Source of the DNA: Dipteris shenzhenensis
Taxonomy: Eukaryota
Reading direction: 5' to 3' (one strand)
Length of the DNA stretch: 64,000 nt
Assembly: GCA_047967505.1 (NCBI GenBank)
Contig: CM106538.1
Positions 12,556-27,024 of the stretch are shown here, piece after piece. The notes below the pieces were generated by a model. That model did not search any database. It was not told where the DNA came from and saw only the letters and a list, made by a program, of their open reading frames with translations. The position numbers and the translations under genes were made by a program. The number at the start of each line of letters is the position of its first letter. The stretch's first letter is position 1.

Positions 12556-15085
12556 TGCTCAAGAGCTGGACACAACTACTCAACAGCCACCAAAATGAGA
12601 TGGCAAATGAGGGCTGAGGGGGCCCTATAAATAGGCCCCCAGCCCCTTCCTAGTCGGGTGCAGCATGCTGGCCGACCAGCCTACACAGTGGCAGACAGCC
12701 CTATATGAGGGCACCCCTCTCTGCCTAGGGAGCCCACTATGTAGTCCTATAGGGGCCAACCAGGCTGCCTCAATGAGACCAGCCACACCCCTATATAAGG
12801 GGCTCACCTACCCCTATGTGAGGGCTGACCAAGAGCCCTGTAGGGCCGACTCCATAGGCCTAGGTGGCCAACCAGCAGGTCGGCCCACCTCAGCCCTATA
12901 GGAAGTGCAACAAGTGACCATACTGGCCCTCCCTCCTAGTCTACAAGATGCACAGCAAAGGTTTCTCTAAGGATTGCCTATGCAGCAAACAAGCAGGTTC
13001 ACCAGGCTAATCTATCCCTGGCCCTTGCCCATCACCTCATAAGTGACCCAAACAAGAGCTGAGAGGGGGTATTGGAGATCAACATCTCCTAATGTCACTA
13101 TAGAGAGAGAGGGCCAGTGCTTGTGGGTGTGCCCGCCTAGAGAGGGTAGGTTAGACTACAAAGAGAGGGCCTTTGCTTGTGGGTGTGCCTTCCCCCCAAT
13201 GAGGCTAGGATCTTGGGATGGCCTCTGCCATAGATGGAACAAAGACGCCAAGGAGCTGGATGTGCCACTGGAACAATTGGAGGAATCCATCATGTGATAC
13301 TCCATCGCTCAAGGCCACCAAAGGGATTGTCGAAGAAGCCCCCTCTTGGCATTGACCATCTCAGCATGATCATTGGAAACGTTGTACTATTGCTCCCAGG
13401 CCAATGGTGTAAGGTCCACTCCTCTGGTTCGGTACTCGTACAATACGTCATCTGGTACAACAATCCAACTCCTGGTACTAGAACATCACTCCAACAGAAG
13501 ACACTGGAACAATAATCCAACGAATATTGCCCTCGATGCAAGGTCCCCTTCCCTGCATGGGCACTTGTATCACAGAGCTAGAAAGCCCCCTCTCAAGTCC
13601 AAACTGGTACACTGTCGCCAGATCAACGAACTTTACTACTCTAATGACAATGGGCATATAACAACTCACAAGGATCAATAAATTGTGTTTGGATTCCCAC
13701 ACTGGCAATCTGTTGACCCATCCGGATCTCCAATAGCTCACCCCCTCTGAATCTACCAGGTCATAACATCCAAACAAAATACATACTAGTAACCTACTGC
13801 CACCTAACTCAGCAGGAACAACTCCTCATGGCTCAAGCTCCTGCCTAAAAGCTTGCCTTAGTGAAAGACTCCCTTCCTACTTCACATGTCTAGTAGGCAC
13901 CGCTGCCAAAAACAAGCAAGTAATCCTCCATCTGGATCTGGAAAGTCTACTAGCAACGCATCTTGCCTCGTGCTACTAAAAGACTAGAGTAGATGTTATC
14001 GTGGCAGTAACACTGTCGAGCTAGTTACTAGTCCCCTCACCATTCCTTTCAAGATAATGCCACCAATAATGACCTTTCAGCCACATGTACGTGAAGCCTT
14101 GAGTGCTTCCAGTTCTTCAGTTGTCAACTGCTTCTATCCTTTCTGCTGAACTGCCAAAGCCTCAGGCTAACTCTCATAGGTACAATCTGCAAATCTCCAT
14201 ACTGAGAGGATAACTAGGACGAGATTTATGGCCACGTCCTCGAATGATATATGCTTCCCTACGTGGAGGATCTCCTACTAAAGTTCCTATAGCTTGTTGA
14301 TGTGCTCCTACATCGATGAAGACTTCTTGGGATCCAACCATCTCATCTGGACTTCCAAAGAAACCCTCTTCATGGGCGAGGTTCAATTATACAAGGACGC
14401 CAAGTGCTCCCATATACTCTTGGCCACCGTCATGTGCTTCACGTGATTAATCACCTAAGGAGAACAATTAAGGAAAATCAACGACCTTGCATTCACATGG
14501 GTCCCAGAGCTGAGACATGGACTCAGCCTCCTTTTACTCCAAGATGCCAAGATTGGACGCAAGGGGATCGGGTCTAGCAACTCCTATCAATATGAAATCT
14601 GCCAAATCATACAACTATAGCACAGACTCCAGCATCACCCACTAGACTCCGTAATTGAGCCCATCCAACTGGCAGTCAATCGAGAACATGGGCAAATCTA
14701 CGATTTTTGTCTTGTTCTCTGCCATCGTAGACAAAGTCACCATGTTAGAGTGAAGAGAAGGTGGATGGGATAGAGGGGGACATAAGGTTGAATAAGAGGG
14801 CTGGAGAAGAGGATGAAGGGGCTGACAGGCTAATATATCTTCACTCCTAGCTATCCATCCCTCGGAACCACCTCCTCTCTGATCTGAAAACACCCTTCAA
14901 AGTCACCCCTTGTTGGTCACCCGAACAGTCCACTCCTCACACACGCTCCTTCTCAAAGACACCTCTGAACAGCTTCCTAAAACCTCCTGTCTATATGCTG
15001 GCTCAACACTCCTCCGCTCCTCGGGTCTCTAGTCAACCGTGGCTCTGATACCATGTGAGAAGTGGAGCAGAAATGAACAGAGCCA

Positions 15086-15141
<56 letters not shown>

Positions 15142-16486
15142 CTCACGCTCACCACACTGAGAGGGAGAGAAAGAAACAAGAGAGAACTGCAAGTGATCTC
15201 TGGCAAAAGCCCCTCTACAGCTATTAAAAACCTCTGCACAAGAGGCTGGTCAAGAGCTGGACACAACCGCTCAACAGCCACCAAGATGAGATGACACATG
15301 AGGGCTGAGGGGGGGCCTATAAATAGCCCCCAAGCCCCTCCCTTGTCAGATGCAGCATGCTGGCCGACCAGCCTACGCAGTGGGCAGCCCACCCTCCAGC
15401 CCAATATTAGGGCACCCCTCTTTGCCTATGGAGCCCACTCAGCAGCCCTATAGGGGCCAACCAGGCTGCCTCAATGAGGCTAGCTACACCCCTATATAAG
15501 GGGCTCACCCCCCCTATGTGAGGGCTGACCAAGAGCCCTATAGGGCCCACTCCACAGGCCTACGTGGCCAACCAGTAGGTCGGCCCACCTCAGCCCTACA
15601 GGAAGCCCAACAAGCTGCAATATTGGCCCTCCCTCTTAGTCTACAAGGTGCACATCAAGGGCTGCTCTAGGAACTACCTATGCAGCACCACCATGTTGAT
15701 CTATCCTTGGCCCTTGCACAGCACCTCATAAGTGACCTAAACATGGCAGAGGCCATTACAAGATCTTAGCCTCACAGGGGGGCAGTCACACCCACAAGCA
15801 AAGGCCCTCTCTCTGCAATCTAACCTACCATGTCTCTAGGCAGGTATGCCCACAAGCACTGACAGATTAAAGAGCAGTAGGAGGTGACAAGACCACAGGA
15901 TACGGAGGATGATAAAGCACAACAACACGTCACAGACTTCTATGCATTTGAGTCAGCTCCAAGACATAGCAGGGTAGAGGAGGAGGAGATAGCTAACATG
16001 TGGGTAGCCTAGATCACTGAGAGAGGGACGCAGAGACCACCTACAGCATGGAGAGCAACTAGAGTTCACTCTATTAAGGTTGGGCCTATCACAACTTTCC
16101 TCAGAGAAGACCTCCCGAGACGGGGGGGATCACTCTGAACATAGCCCAACAGGTTCAGAGATCGAGGAGACCACGCCCTTCCCGTGAGACAACACGAGAG
16201 AGGCGCCCACAGTCGAGTCACCACGATGCCGGGCTTCGGCTTCTGAGTCCAGCTCTCAACCTACTTCAACTAGTCTCTAACTCTGATTCATATATTTGTA
16301 TCTGATCTGTTCGAGCTATTGAGCTCCGTAGCCCTAGCATGCCCTTCGCTCTAGCCCCTTGAGGCTTGTACGAGATTCTCCTTTTGGATGTATTGTGTAC
16401 CTTGTCCCATAGGCTCATGAGGCCTCTTGAGGACGTTAATACATCTTCCTTTCTTTCTTTCTTTCTTTCTTTCTATAGTGACATCA
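12552..16486 (-). mobile_element. Non-autonomous copia-derived gag-bearing LTR element (family D, copy D1), truncated
   Basis: LTR 15054-16486 (with LINE insert), PBS GGCTCTGATACCA 15041-15053, decayed gag from 14725 (QLDGLNYGV*W), partial second LTR 12552-13231. Reverse complement of 44620-48494. Confidence 0.85.
15862..16473 (+). mobile_element. 5'-truncated LINE 3' end with (TTTC)n tail inserted in the D1 LTR
   Basis: Homologous to 26315-26962 (CACAGACTTCTATGCATTTGAGTCAG; TTGTCCCATAGGC); absent from the intact D LTR at 48671-49502. Confidence 0.85.
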
Positions 16487-18200
16487 GCACTATCCAAAAG
16501 TGCAGCAAACAACAACTACTAATCAATCCGGTAGGAGATAGGGGTGGTCCTGGATAATGGTTTCTGACTGCCATGAATTTTCATCCTCAGGCAGTCCCCG
16601 TCGCTTGATAAGATACTCTACGTAGGCCTTGTTTTAGAGTACATGGTCTCTGAAACCCACGATGCGCTCCGAAACATAGAGGATGTGGCCATGTTCATCC
16701 ATAGGTGGTAACTCCGAAAGAACATGGACATGCTGTCCAACATGTGGTTTCAACAAGGACACATGGAAATCATCATGGATCTTGGAGGTACTGGATAGCT
16801 CCAACTGATATGCTACCTCTCCAACCTTGCGGATGATCTTTCAATGACCGTAATACCTATGAGCAAGCTTTGTGTTGGCATTACCTTTCAGCGAGGCATA
16901 ATGGTTGTTATGGAGACGTGGCTTGTTGCCAACTGCAAAAGGGCATTCATCCCATCCAAGTCATTCCGTGCTTGCTGATTTTTCACAGCCATGTCAACAA
17001 TTGAAGAAGGCATCCCAACCTTGCATCCGTACATTGCCTCAAACGGGCTCATGCCAATGGAGAGATGCTTGGTACTCTTGTAGCAAAATTTAGCACGTGA
17101 CAACCATTTATCCCAAGACTTCTGAGTATCATGACAAAAATGCCTCAAATATTCCTCCACCCATTTGCTCACCCTTTCTTATTGTCCTTCACTCTTAGGA
17201 TGGTAAGCAGTGCTAGGTGTGAGAAACCATGATGCTTAAAGACATGCTCAACGAATTGCCAAGCAACCTATGATGCTGAGTACTGGGTCTTAGTGGGTAT
17301 GAAATGGGCATCTTTTGTCATTCTATCCACCACAACAAAGATGTCCCATCTCCTCTCTATAGAAGGCAATCGTGTGATGAAATCCATTGCTATGTGTGTC
17401 CATTTGCCCTCTGGAATAGGTAATGGCTGCAAGAGACCTGCAGGTAATTTGTTGTCCACTTTATTATGTTGGCAACGCAAGCATTCAGCCACATATTTAA
17501 CCACATCTTTCCACATGCCTTCCCAGGTAAAGCTCTGCTTGATTCTTTCATATGTTTTAGTGATACCTGCATGTCCAGCCATGGGAGAGGAGTGCATTAT
17601 TGCAAAACCAACATGCGATATTTTGAGTCTGGCACTAAATAAATACTGTCTTGGCACCACAACAGCCCATTATGCAATTTGAAATCTGGATGACCCTAAC
17701 TAGAATGCTTCTGTAAATCTGAAAATATGGGAGTTGCCTTAGAATTCTGCATATACTCTTCTTGAATGCCATGAATCCACTCCAGATATATGGTAGAGAT
17801 AGCAAACAACTTGCAAGCCCACATCCTGGACAAGGCATTGACAACCACATTTTCCTTCCCTTTTATGTACTCAATGTCAAAATCATAGGATTGAATGGCA
17901 CTCAACTACCTCTTCTGCTTATATGATAAATTTAGCTGGGTGAGGAAGAATCTGAGTGTCCTATGATCTGTTTTCACCATAAATTTACTTCTGTACATAT
18001 AGTGGTGTTAATTTCTTGAAAGCATGCAAGATAGCCAGCATCTCCTGATCATAAACATGGTAATTGAGTTCTTTGGCATCAAACTTCCTGCATCCAAAGG
18101 CTATTACCCCGTGTTCATGCCTCAGAACAGTCCCCAATCCTTTGCCACTGGTATCTGCCTCCACAATGAAAGAATGCAAAAAATCAGGGCATACCAAGAC

Positions 18201-21200
18201 TGTTGAGATATCGAGCTCCACTCGCGATATGCCAGGGTGACTGTTGTGCATTTATGTCACCGACTTGTTAGCTGGAGATGCGGTTGGTACACCGCCCACG
18301 AATAATAGCTACACTAGTTCGTAGCTCAGTTAGTATGCCACCTTAGTTAGTTGAGTTTGGTTTGAGACCCACATATAGGGTTCTTCTATTTCTTTGTACT
18401 AGAGTTCTTTTGGCTTTCACAACTAAGAAGAGGAAAACTATTTTCAGCCTCCACCTTTGTGTGTATTCCCCCATTGTGCATGTGAGAAAGCCGCAAGTGA
18501 GACTCCTTCCCTCTCTCCCACTATCTTCACATGGTATCAGAGCCTTGTTCGTGGTAAGGAGCTCAAGAAAGCAAGCCAAGTTCGTGGTGTCCTGGTAAGA
18601 GGACCAGTGTTGCTTTCCTATTTCGAGTTTGGGAGCAAATCTCTGCAGGTAGCACAGCTAGAAGTGCAGGAGTGCACTGTTTCAGATTGAGACACCCTTC
18701 GTGGTGTGGCGAGAGCGCAGTATATGCTGCGGGTAAGGGCAAAGCCCAGAGTGACTTTATTTTTCTGATTTGAGGCCATTTCGGGGCCCGTTTTGAAGGC
18801 GGAAGTTCTTCGCAGGCACTCAGAAAAAGGCCCTGTTTTTTGCTGTGCGACCACTGCGCGGCTAGTCAGTGGAAAGGTGCCGCAGAAATTGCATCGTATG
18901 CCTGTGTGCAGAGATATTGGGAGTTGCAGATTCGTGCCTGTTGCCTGTTGATGCAAAATCGTCACTAGGAAGTGACTGTGTGGTGAAATACCACTTTTGT
19001 CAGTTTTGTAGATCTGCCCATGTGAGGCAAAAGCTGTGTTTTTTTGCAGTGACAGAATATTTTGCAGTGTTCTGTAATGGCATCTGATTCTCTTTCACAG
19101 ATTGTCACTAAAAAGCTTGACAAGAACAACTTCCAGGCATGGAAGTTTAGAATGACGAATTTCTTGATGGGAAAAGGCTATTGGGAATTCAATACAGGAA
19201 ATGAAGAAGAACCTGTTCTTCCTAATGTTCCCAGTCAACAGGAAATGCAAGCATTCAAAGGATGGCATGAGAGAGCCAGGAAAGTTATGTACTGGCTATC
19301 TATCAGTATTTCGGACTCCATGATTGTGCATATTCAGGATGCAAGTACGCCAAAGGAGGCATGGGATACTTTGGCAAAAATGTACAGCACAAATACGCAA
19401 GCCAGGAAAATGCAACTCAAACAGGAGTTGCACAATGTGCAGAGAGAAAATTTGAGCATAAATGACTACCACATGAAAGTGAAGAAAATTGCAGATGCAC
19501 TTGCTTCCATTGGGTCGCCAGTGGATGATGATGATTTGGTTTCTGTGACCTTGAATGGTCTAGGAAAGGATTATGCATAGTTCTGGACATCCATTGCCAT
19601 CCGTGAAAAATTTCCTGATTTTGAGGAGCTGATTGCTCTTCTAATTTCTGAAGAGCAGAGAAATGGTGGTGCATCTTCTTCAGCAGGAACTTCAAGAGAA
19701 ACTGTCTTCTACTCAAATGCTGGCAGAGGTAGAGGCAGAGGTAGAGGAGGCCGATCTGCAGGCCATGGTAGAAATCAAAATATGCAGCAAACGTAAGAAA
19801 ACCAGTCCTATGCAGGAGGACGTGGTAACTCTAGAGGCAGGGGGAGCCAAAGAGGCCGTGGTGGATGGCAGAGAAGCCAAAATGCAAACAACAATGTTGA
19901 ATGCTACTATTGTGGCAAAATGGGTCATATGGCTAAGGACTGCTACAAAAAGCAGAATGACATTATGAATGGAAAATTGCAGCAAGGCAATTATGCATCT
20001 TCTAGCAGGCAGGGTGATGACAGAAATGAGCATCTATTTATGGTGCAGCATATGACCAATTCTGTGACAAGTGCAGAAGAACAAAATGATGTGTGGTATG
20101 TTGACTCAGGTGCGTCAAACCACATGACAGGTCATGCAGAATGGATGTAAGATGCAAGGAAGATCGAAAAGCCAGGATTTGTGGAGACTGGTGATGATAC
20201 TGCACATCCTATTGTGCAGATTGGCAAAATTCCTTTGTCTATGCAGGATGGGAAAAAGAAATACTTGTTTGATGTATTTCATGTCCCGAACCTCACCAAG
20301 AACCTAGTTTCTGTTGGTCAGATGGTTGAGCAGGGCTTGTAGGTCAGATTTAATCCTGATGGATGCTTTGTTGAGGATATGAAAAATAATGGTCGCTTGA
20401 TAGCAAAAGGAAAGAAGAAGGGCAGGATGTTTACGTTGGATGCAGACATGCCTGAATTGAGTGCAGCAATGTTTGCACATGGGACCGGTGTAGTTGCAGA
20501 TATTGATATCTGGCACAAACGCATTGGTCATGTTAATATACAACGACTTAAATCAATGCAAGTCCAAAATATTATTGCAGGATTGCCTAAATTCAAGGTT
20601 GCAGAAATGCACAAGGTTTGTGAAGCCTGTCAATTTGGGAAACAGGCAAGGAAACCTTTTCCTAGGCATGTTCAAGAGAGTAAAAAGCCATTGGAATTAA
20701 TCCACTCTGATGTGTGGACTACAAAAGCTGCATCTATTGGAGGCTGTCACTATTTTGTCACATTTATTGATGACTTCAGCAGAAAACTGTGGGTGTATTT
20801 TATGAAAAAGAAAAGTGAAGTGTTTGGGCACTTCAAAGCTTTCAAAGCTATGGTTGAAAAAGAAACAGGCCTGCAAATAAAATGCCTAAGGTCAGATGGA
20901 GGGGGAGAGTAGCTCTCAAATGAGTTTGCAAGGTTCTTGCAGGAGCATGGTATAAAGCAGCAATATTCATGCAGTCATTACCCACAGCAAAATGGAATTG
21001 CAGAAAGGAAAAATAGGCATATTGGAGAGGTATCTCGGGCTATGCTAAATGAAAAAGATCTACCAGATTATTATTGGGCCGAAGCAGTTGCTACAGCAGT
21101 CTATATAATGAACAGGACTCCCACTGCAGCAATACATGGCATGACGCCAGAGGAGATGTATACTGGTAGGAAACCAGATATTTCTCATTTGAAGATTTTT

Positions 21201-23721
21201 GGTTGCATTGCCTATGTCCATGTGCCAGATGAGTTGAGGTCCAAGTTGGATCCAAAAGCGGAGAAGTGCATCTTTATTGGTTATTCTCTGCAGCAGAAAG
21301 GGTATAGATGCTATAACCCTTCTACACGTAAGTTCACAGTGAGTAGAGATGTTGTTTTTGATGAGATGAGCAGCTGGTATAAACCAGTAAATGTGATGAT
21401 TGATGTAGATGCACAAAATGGTAATGCTGCACAGAATGCACAACAGCAATCACAAAATATCAGTGGACCTGGAGTGTCCTCTACCAGTGGTTCACATACT
21501 TCGCCATGGACAGGCAGATTGAGATCAGGAGAATCTCCTCAAAGCAATGCAGAAGTGGTACGCAGGTATCACGAAAAGGAAAACAGAAGGTAGATCAGCC
21601 CATGTTTGATGTGAATGCAGGTCACTCTTATGTGGATGGTGAATCCAGTGGCTCAGAACAGAGCATTGATGATGAGTTGGGTATTCCTTCTATCGTTACA
21701 CCTGGAGTAAGGAAGACCAGGGATGTTTTGAGAGCACCTGGAAGTGAGCCTATATTGCGCAGGTCTACCAGGGTTAGGTATCCTGTGGATAGGCTGAAAT
21801 ATGATGGATTTACAGCCATTCACTATGCTTGTATGGTCAAAGTGATACAGGAACCAGAACCCACTTCTTTTGAGCAAGCCATGGGAAATGAAAAATGGGA
21901 GAAAGCCATGGATGAAGAAATGGATGCCTTGGATGCTAATGCTACATGGGAATTGGTGCCTTTGCCTAAAGGCAAGAATGCAATTGGTTGTAAGTGGGTT
22001 TAAGATCAAGCACAATGCAGATGGTTCTGTGAATAGATACAAGGCAAGATTAGTTGTCAAGGGGTATGCACAGACATATGGCATTGATTATGAAGAAACT
22101 TTCAGCTCGATTGTAAGGATGGCAACCGTAAGAGCAGCCATTGCTATGGCTGCATCAAAGGGATGGTCTTTACATCAGATGGATGTAAAGAATGCCTTCT
22201 TGCATGGTGATTTGCAAGAAGAGGTCTTTATGGAGCAGCCAGTAGGTTATGTTCATGCTATTCATCTCGAGTTTGTTTGCAGGTTGAAGAAAGCCTTGTA
22301 TGGCTTGAAGCAAGCACCTAGAGCGTGGTCTGACAAGATAGGACAGTATCTTGTCACTATTGGCTTTCAGATTTCCAAGGCAGATTTCTCACTCTATGTG
22401 AGAAAAACAGAGAAAGGGATTATGCTGCTGGTCATTTATGTTGATGATTTGATCATCACAGGTGATAGTGATGAAGATATCCTTCATGTGAAAATGCTAT
22501 TGAGGCAGAAGTTTGAGATGAAGGATTTGGGAGAGCTGCGTTATTTCTTGGGCATTGAGGTGATTAGATCACCAAGTGGGATACAGCTCTTGCAGAGGCA
22601 GTATGGATTGGACATGCTGTCCAAATATGTGATGACAGGCTTTCAGTTCATTTGGAGCAGAATGTGAAGCTGAGTGCAGATGCAGGTGAGCTTCTGGAGG
22701 ATCCTACTATGTACAGACGCATAGTAGGAAGTTTGATTTACATGACTATTACCAGGCCAGATTTGAGCTATGCTGTTGGGTTGGTAAGTCAGTTTATGCA
22801 AGCTCCAAGGAAACCGCATTTGGATGCGGCTAGACGCATACTCAGGTATGTGAAGTCCACATTGCAGTATGGACTATTTTATGAGGCTGGGGTTCAGATA
22901 CAGTTGCATGGATACACTGATGCTGATTGGGCTGGTAGCATTTCAGATAGACGATCTACCAGTGGATATGTGTTCTCTTTTGGGAGTGCTGCAGTCACTT
23001 GGAGCAGCAAGAAACAGCCTACAGTTGCCTTGTCGAGCACAAAGGCTGAGTACAGGGGTGCAGCAATGGCTGCATGTGAGGTAGCTTGGTTGCATAAGCT
23101 ACTTTATGATATGCATCAGTCTACAGATGGGCCGGTTGTCATTTATTGTGACAACATGAGCAGTATATATTTGGCAAAGAACCCAGTCTTTCATGCTAGA
23201 ACAAAGCACATTGAGGTGCATCATCACTATGTGCAGGAGAAGGTTTTACTAGGTCTTATTGATCTAGTTTATGTCAGCACAGAGGATCAGGTAGTTGACA
23301 TATTCACGAAAGCATTGAACATAAAGAACCTCTGCGCAAGTTCAGAGACCTGCTTGGTGTGCAGGATTTGGGATTGAGCTCGAGGGGGAGTGTTGAGATA
23401 TCGAGCTCCACTCGCGATATGCCAGGGTGACTGTTGTGCATTTATGTCACCGACTTGTTAACTGGAGATGCGGTTGGTACACCGCCCACGAATAATAGCT
23501 ACACTAGTTCATAGCTCAGTTAGTATGCCACCTTAGTTAGTTGAGTTTGGTTTGAGACCCACATATAGGGTTCTTCTATTTCTTTGTACTAGAGTTCTTT
23601 TGGCTTTCACAACTAAGAAGAGGAAAATTGTTTTCAGCCTCCACCTTTGTGTGTATTCCCCCATTGTGCATGTGAGAAAGCCGCAAGTGAGACTCCTTCC
23701 CTCTCTCCCACTATCTTCACA
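18201..23721 (+). mobile_element. Full-length decayed Ty1/copia (A2), sister of A1, nested in gypsy G
   Basis: 331-bp LTRs 18201-18531 and 23391-23721 (4 substitutions by eye), TSD AAGAC (18196-18200 / 23722-23726), PBS 18532-18544, PPT 23382-23390. Confidence 0.97.
19077..23430 (+). pseudogene. copia gag-pol of A2 (multiple stops and frameshifts)
   Basis: ORF pieces nearly identical to the A1 gag, PR, IN, RT and RH. Confidence 0.95.
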
Positions 23722-24514
23722 AAGACAGGTGCAAGGGTGAGAGCAAATTTCAGTTCTTCAAAGCTACGTTGTGCTTCCTTTAACCACCGAAAAGCATCCT
23801 TCTTCAAGAGGTCAGTAAGAGGAGCTGCCCTCTTGGCAAATTTGCGAATAAAGTACCTGTAGAAGGAAGCAAGACCTAAGAATCCTCTCAACTGGGTGGG
23901 ATTTTGTCGTTGTGGCCAATCTTTGATGCATTTCACCTTTGTGGGATCCACCCGAATGCCACGTCTACTCACAATATGCCCCAGGTACTCAACCTCCTTT
24001 GCCATAAAAGTGCATTTGTTGGCTTTTGCATAAAGCTGATGCATCCTCAAATTTCCAACACTTGCTTCACATGCTTAATGCGCTCTTGTCTATCCTTGCT
24101 ATAAATGAGGATATCATCAAAGAAAACCAGCATGCATCTAAAAAGAAGTGGCTGCAATATCTTGTTCATCAGTGTCTAGAAGGTGGCTGGTGCATTAGTC
24201 AATCCAAAAGGCATCACCTTGAATTCATACAAGCCCCGTTCTGTGCAGAAGGCCGTCTTGTGCTCATCTCCTTCTTTCACCCTGATTTGATAGTAACCAG
24301 ACCTCAAATCTATCTTCGTGAAAAACTGAGCACCCTTGAGTTCATCCAACAGGTCATCTATCCTGAGGATTGGAAACCTGTTCTTAATAGTGGCCTTATT
24401 TAAATCCCTGTAATCAATGCACATGCGGTACGATCCATCCTTCTTTACCAAAAGCACTGGAGAGGCAAAAGGAGAAGTGCTATGAGAGATGAAGTTCTTC
24501 TCAAGCAATTCCCT

Positions 24515-26962
24515 CACACTACTATCGTACTGATACACAAAGCAGGAGATCTCATGGACACCGGGAACTATCGCACCCTCATGATTGGCCACACACTGGC
24601 CAAGATCTATAGATCGGTACTAGAGAGAGAGATTAGCAGTCATACAGAGGCACGAGGGCAATGAGCACTAGGGTAGGCAAGATTCAGGCAAGATTCAGGA
24701 GGTAGCACTCTACTCTAGACCATATCTTCACTCTGAGGGCTATCATTGAGGAGGCGAGGTCCAGACATCATGGAGTCTACACATGCTTCGTAGACTTTCG
24801 AAAAGCCTTTGACACTGTTACACGATCCCACATGATCAGGAGACCACAGGAGATGCAGATCCCAGAGATGCTGATTTGGGGTGTGATGAGCTTATATGAG
24901 TCAATCAGAGGTAGGGTCCGTGCCCCAGAGGCAGTCTATCGGATTGGGTCGAGAGCACCATTAGGGTGAAGCAGGGCTGCCTTGTCTCACCGACTCTCTT
25001 TGGACTCTACATTGATGAGATTGCATCTTTCATAGATCGCCTAGGTGGCGAGGGCTCATTATTAGGGGATCTCCTCATACAGATATTGTTATATGCCGAT
25101 GATATAGTCCTTATATCCTCTTCAGCAAAGGGGATACAGAGAGATCTGGAGGCATTAGAGGTGTTTTCCAGAGAGAGAGATATGACGGTCAACCTTGGGA
25201 AAACTAAGGTCATGATCTTCAACACCTCACGAGCAGTGACTAACTGACTTACTTTCACCTATCATGGTAAACCAGTGGAGATAGTGCAGTCATACACATA
25301 TTTGGGAGCAGTCTTCACAGGACCCATCTTCACAATGAAACATGCAGTCCAGGCAAGACTCACACGAGGGCGTAGTGCTTTGGCTAGACTAGAGCGGCAG
25401 TGTTTCGAGGCGCACTTCTAGGATCCACCGACAAAGGACTGGCTTTTCGCCACACTAGTGCGGCTGACTGTCATGTATGCAGCACCTTTCTGGGGGTGGG
25501 ATCTTCCGAGGACAAATTGGAGGAGCTTGGAGCGGCTACAGGTGACGATGGGATCCAGAATGATCTGATCTAAGCCCTGAGTTCCACATGAGATAGTACA
25601 GGTAGAGTTCACCATGACACCTCTCCACGTTGATGCTATCTTTCAGACACTGACTTTCATCCACAGAGTCTGGGACTCATCCCATTGGAGACTTCCGAGG
25701 TTGGCCCTAGAGTCATCCAAATGACTCGTAGAGAGCAGGGCAGACATATGGTATGCACGCATATCTACATGGCTTGCCAGGCACGGTATCCAGATGGACA
25801 GGCTTCCCCCCTTTCAGTACAGCATGGATGCACCTCATGAGTCAATCCCGCGAGATGAGATCAACCGTATCATATAGTTAGACCTCCTCCAGCTTCACAC
25901 ATCCCAGACTTGGGGGGGGACCACGAGCTTCCCACCAAGACCCAGTTTTATCGCGACCACTTCCTAAGAGTATCAGAGGAGGGATTCGTTATCAGACCTT
26001 AGTATCTCGAGGATAGCGGAGTATCTCATGCATTGATGCGGGTTTCATCCCATCAGCTCAGGATTGAGGCAAGGAGGGTAGCGGGTATACTTAGAGAGCA
26101 GCGGGTCTGCACGCTATGTACGCTGGGGGCGGTTGAGACAGAGGAGCATTTTCTTTGTGTTTGCCCAACCTACTACAAGATTCGGGGACGCTACCAATAT
26201 CTCTACCTAGAGGGGAGTGGCTTTAGTCCTTTGTCTCAACTGATCCATTTCCACGACCAGGTCTCTATCGGGCTTTATCTAATGGAGATGCGACGACAGA
26301 GGGAGATGCTTCTATGACAAATCAGAGAAAAGAGCAGCACGGGATGGTCAGAGACCACTACAGGACCTAGAGGGTGACCAGGCACAGCGGCACAACACAG
26401 ACTTCTATGCATTTGAGTCAGCCCTCGAACACAGTGGAGTGGAGGAAGAGGAGCTAGCTGATATGAGAGTAGTTTGGATGAGCAACCAGCACAGTACCAC
26501 CGAGAGAGGGGCGCAGAGGCCACATGTGCAATAGAGAGGCCCCAGAGTACACTCTATTGAGTTCCGACCTATCACACCTTTCCTCAGGGGAGACCGATAG
26601 AGACGAGGGGTCACTCTAGACATAGCCCAGAGGATCCAGAGAGCGAGGAGACCTCGCCCCCCATCGCAATGCAAGAGAGCTTGACAGACGCAGATACGAG
26701 ACATTTTTGCAACCCACCAGAGAGCCATCACTGTACCAGGCTTCGGTTTCATCCCAACGCCTAGATAGATTGATTGATATGATTATGATTATGATTATGA
26801 TTATGATTCTATTAGCATAAACTAGTACTCAGTAGTACTCAGCAAGGGTCCTAGCATACCCTTTGCTTCAGCCCACGGAGGCTTGTATGAGTTCGCTTTT
26901 CTGTGCACTTTGTCCCATAGGCCCCGCAAGGTCTCCCGTGGACATTAATATATCTTTCTTTC
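24515..26962 (+). mobile_element. 5'-truncated non-LTR retrotransposon, RTE/RTEX-like: RT, C-terminal CCHC, 3' region, TTTC tail
   Basis: IVLIHKAGD...NYRTLM, FVDFRKAFDTV, GVKQGC.VSPTLF, LLYADDIVL, VNLGKTKVM, YTYLG; SSHQLRIE...CTLC....VETEEHFLCVCP. Clade assignment is inference. Confidence 0.9.
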
Positions 26963-26987
26963 TCCCTCTCAATGTGGTGTGCGTGAG

Positions 26988-27024
<37 letters not shown>

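Larger units (their letters stand above)
16540..24520 (-). mobile_element. Decayed Ty3/gypsy chromovirus pol (G): RT-RH-IN-chromodomain, split by A2
   Basis: [39 protein letters not shown] (24176-24520); FIVEADTSGKGLG RH; HSSPMAGHAG...CLRC and MDFI integrase; YQLELSSTSKIHDDFHVSLLK and EYLIK..G..EDENSWQ chromodomain. Order RT-RH-IN. Confidence 0.92.

Noticed and set aside
14977-15404. ER/SL-repeat ORFs
   Set aside because: Translations of the (GA)n microsatellite in the D LTR; the same applies at ~27000, ~28800 and ~45970.
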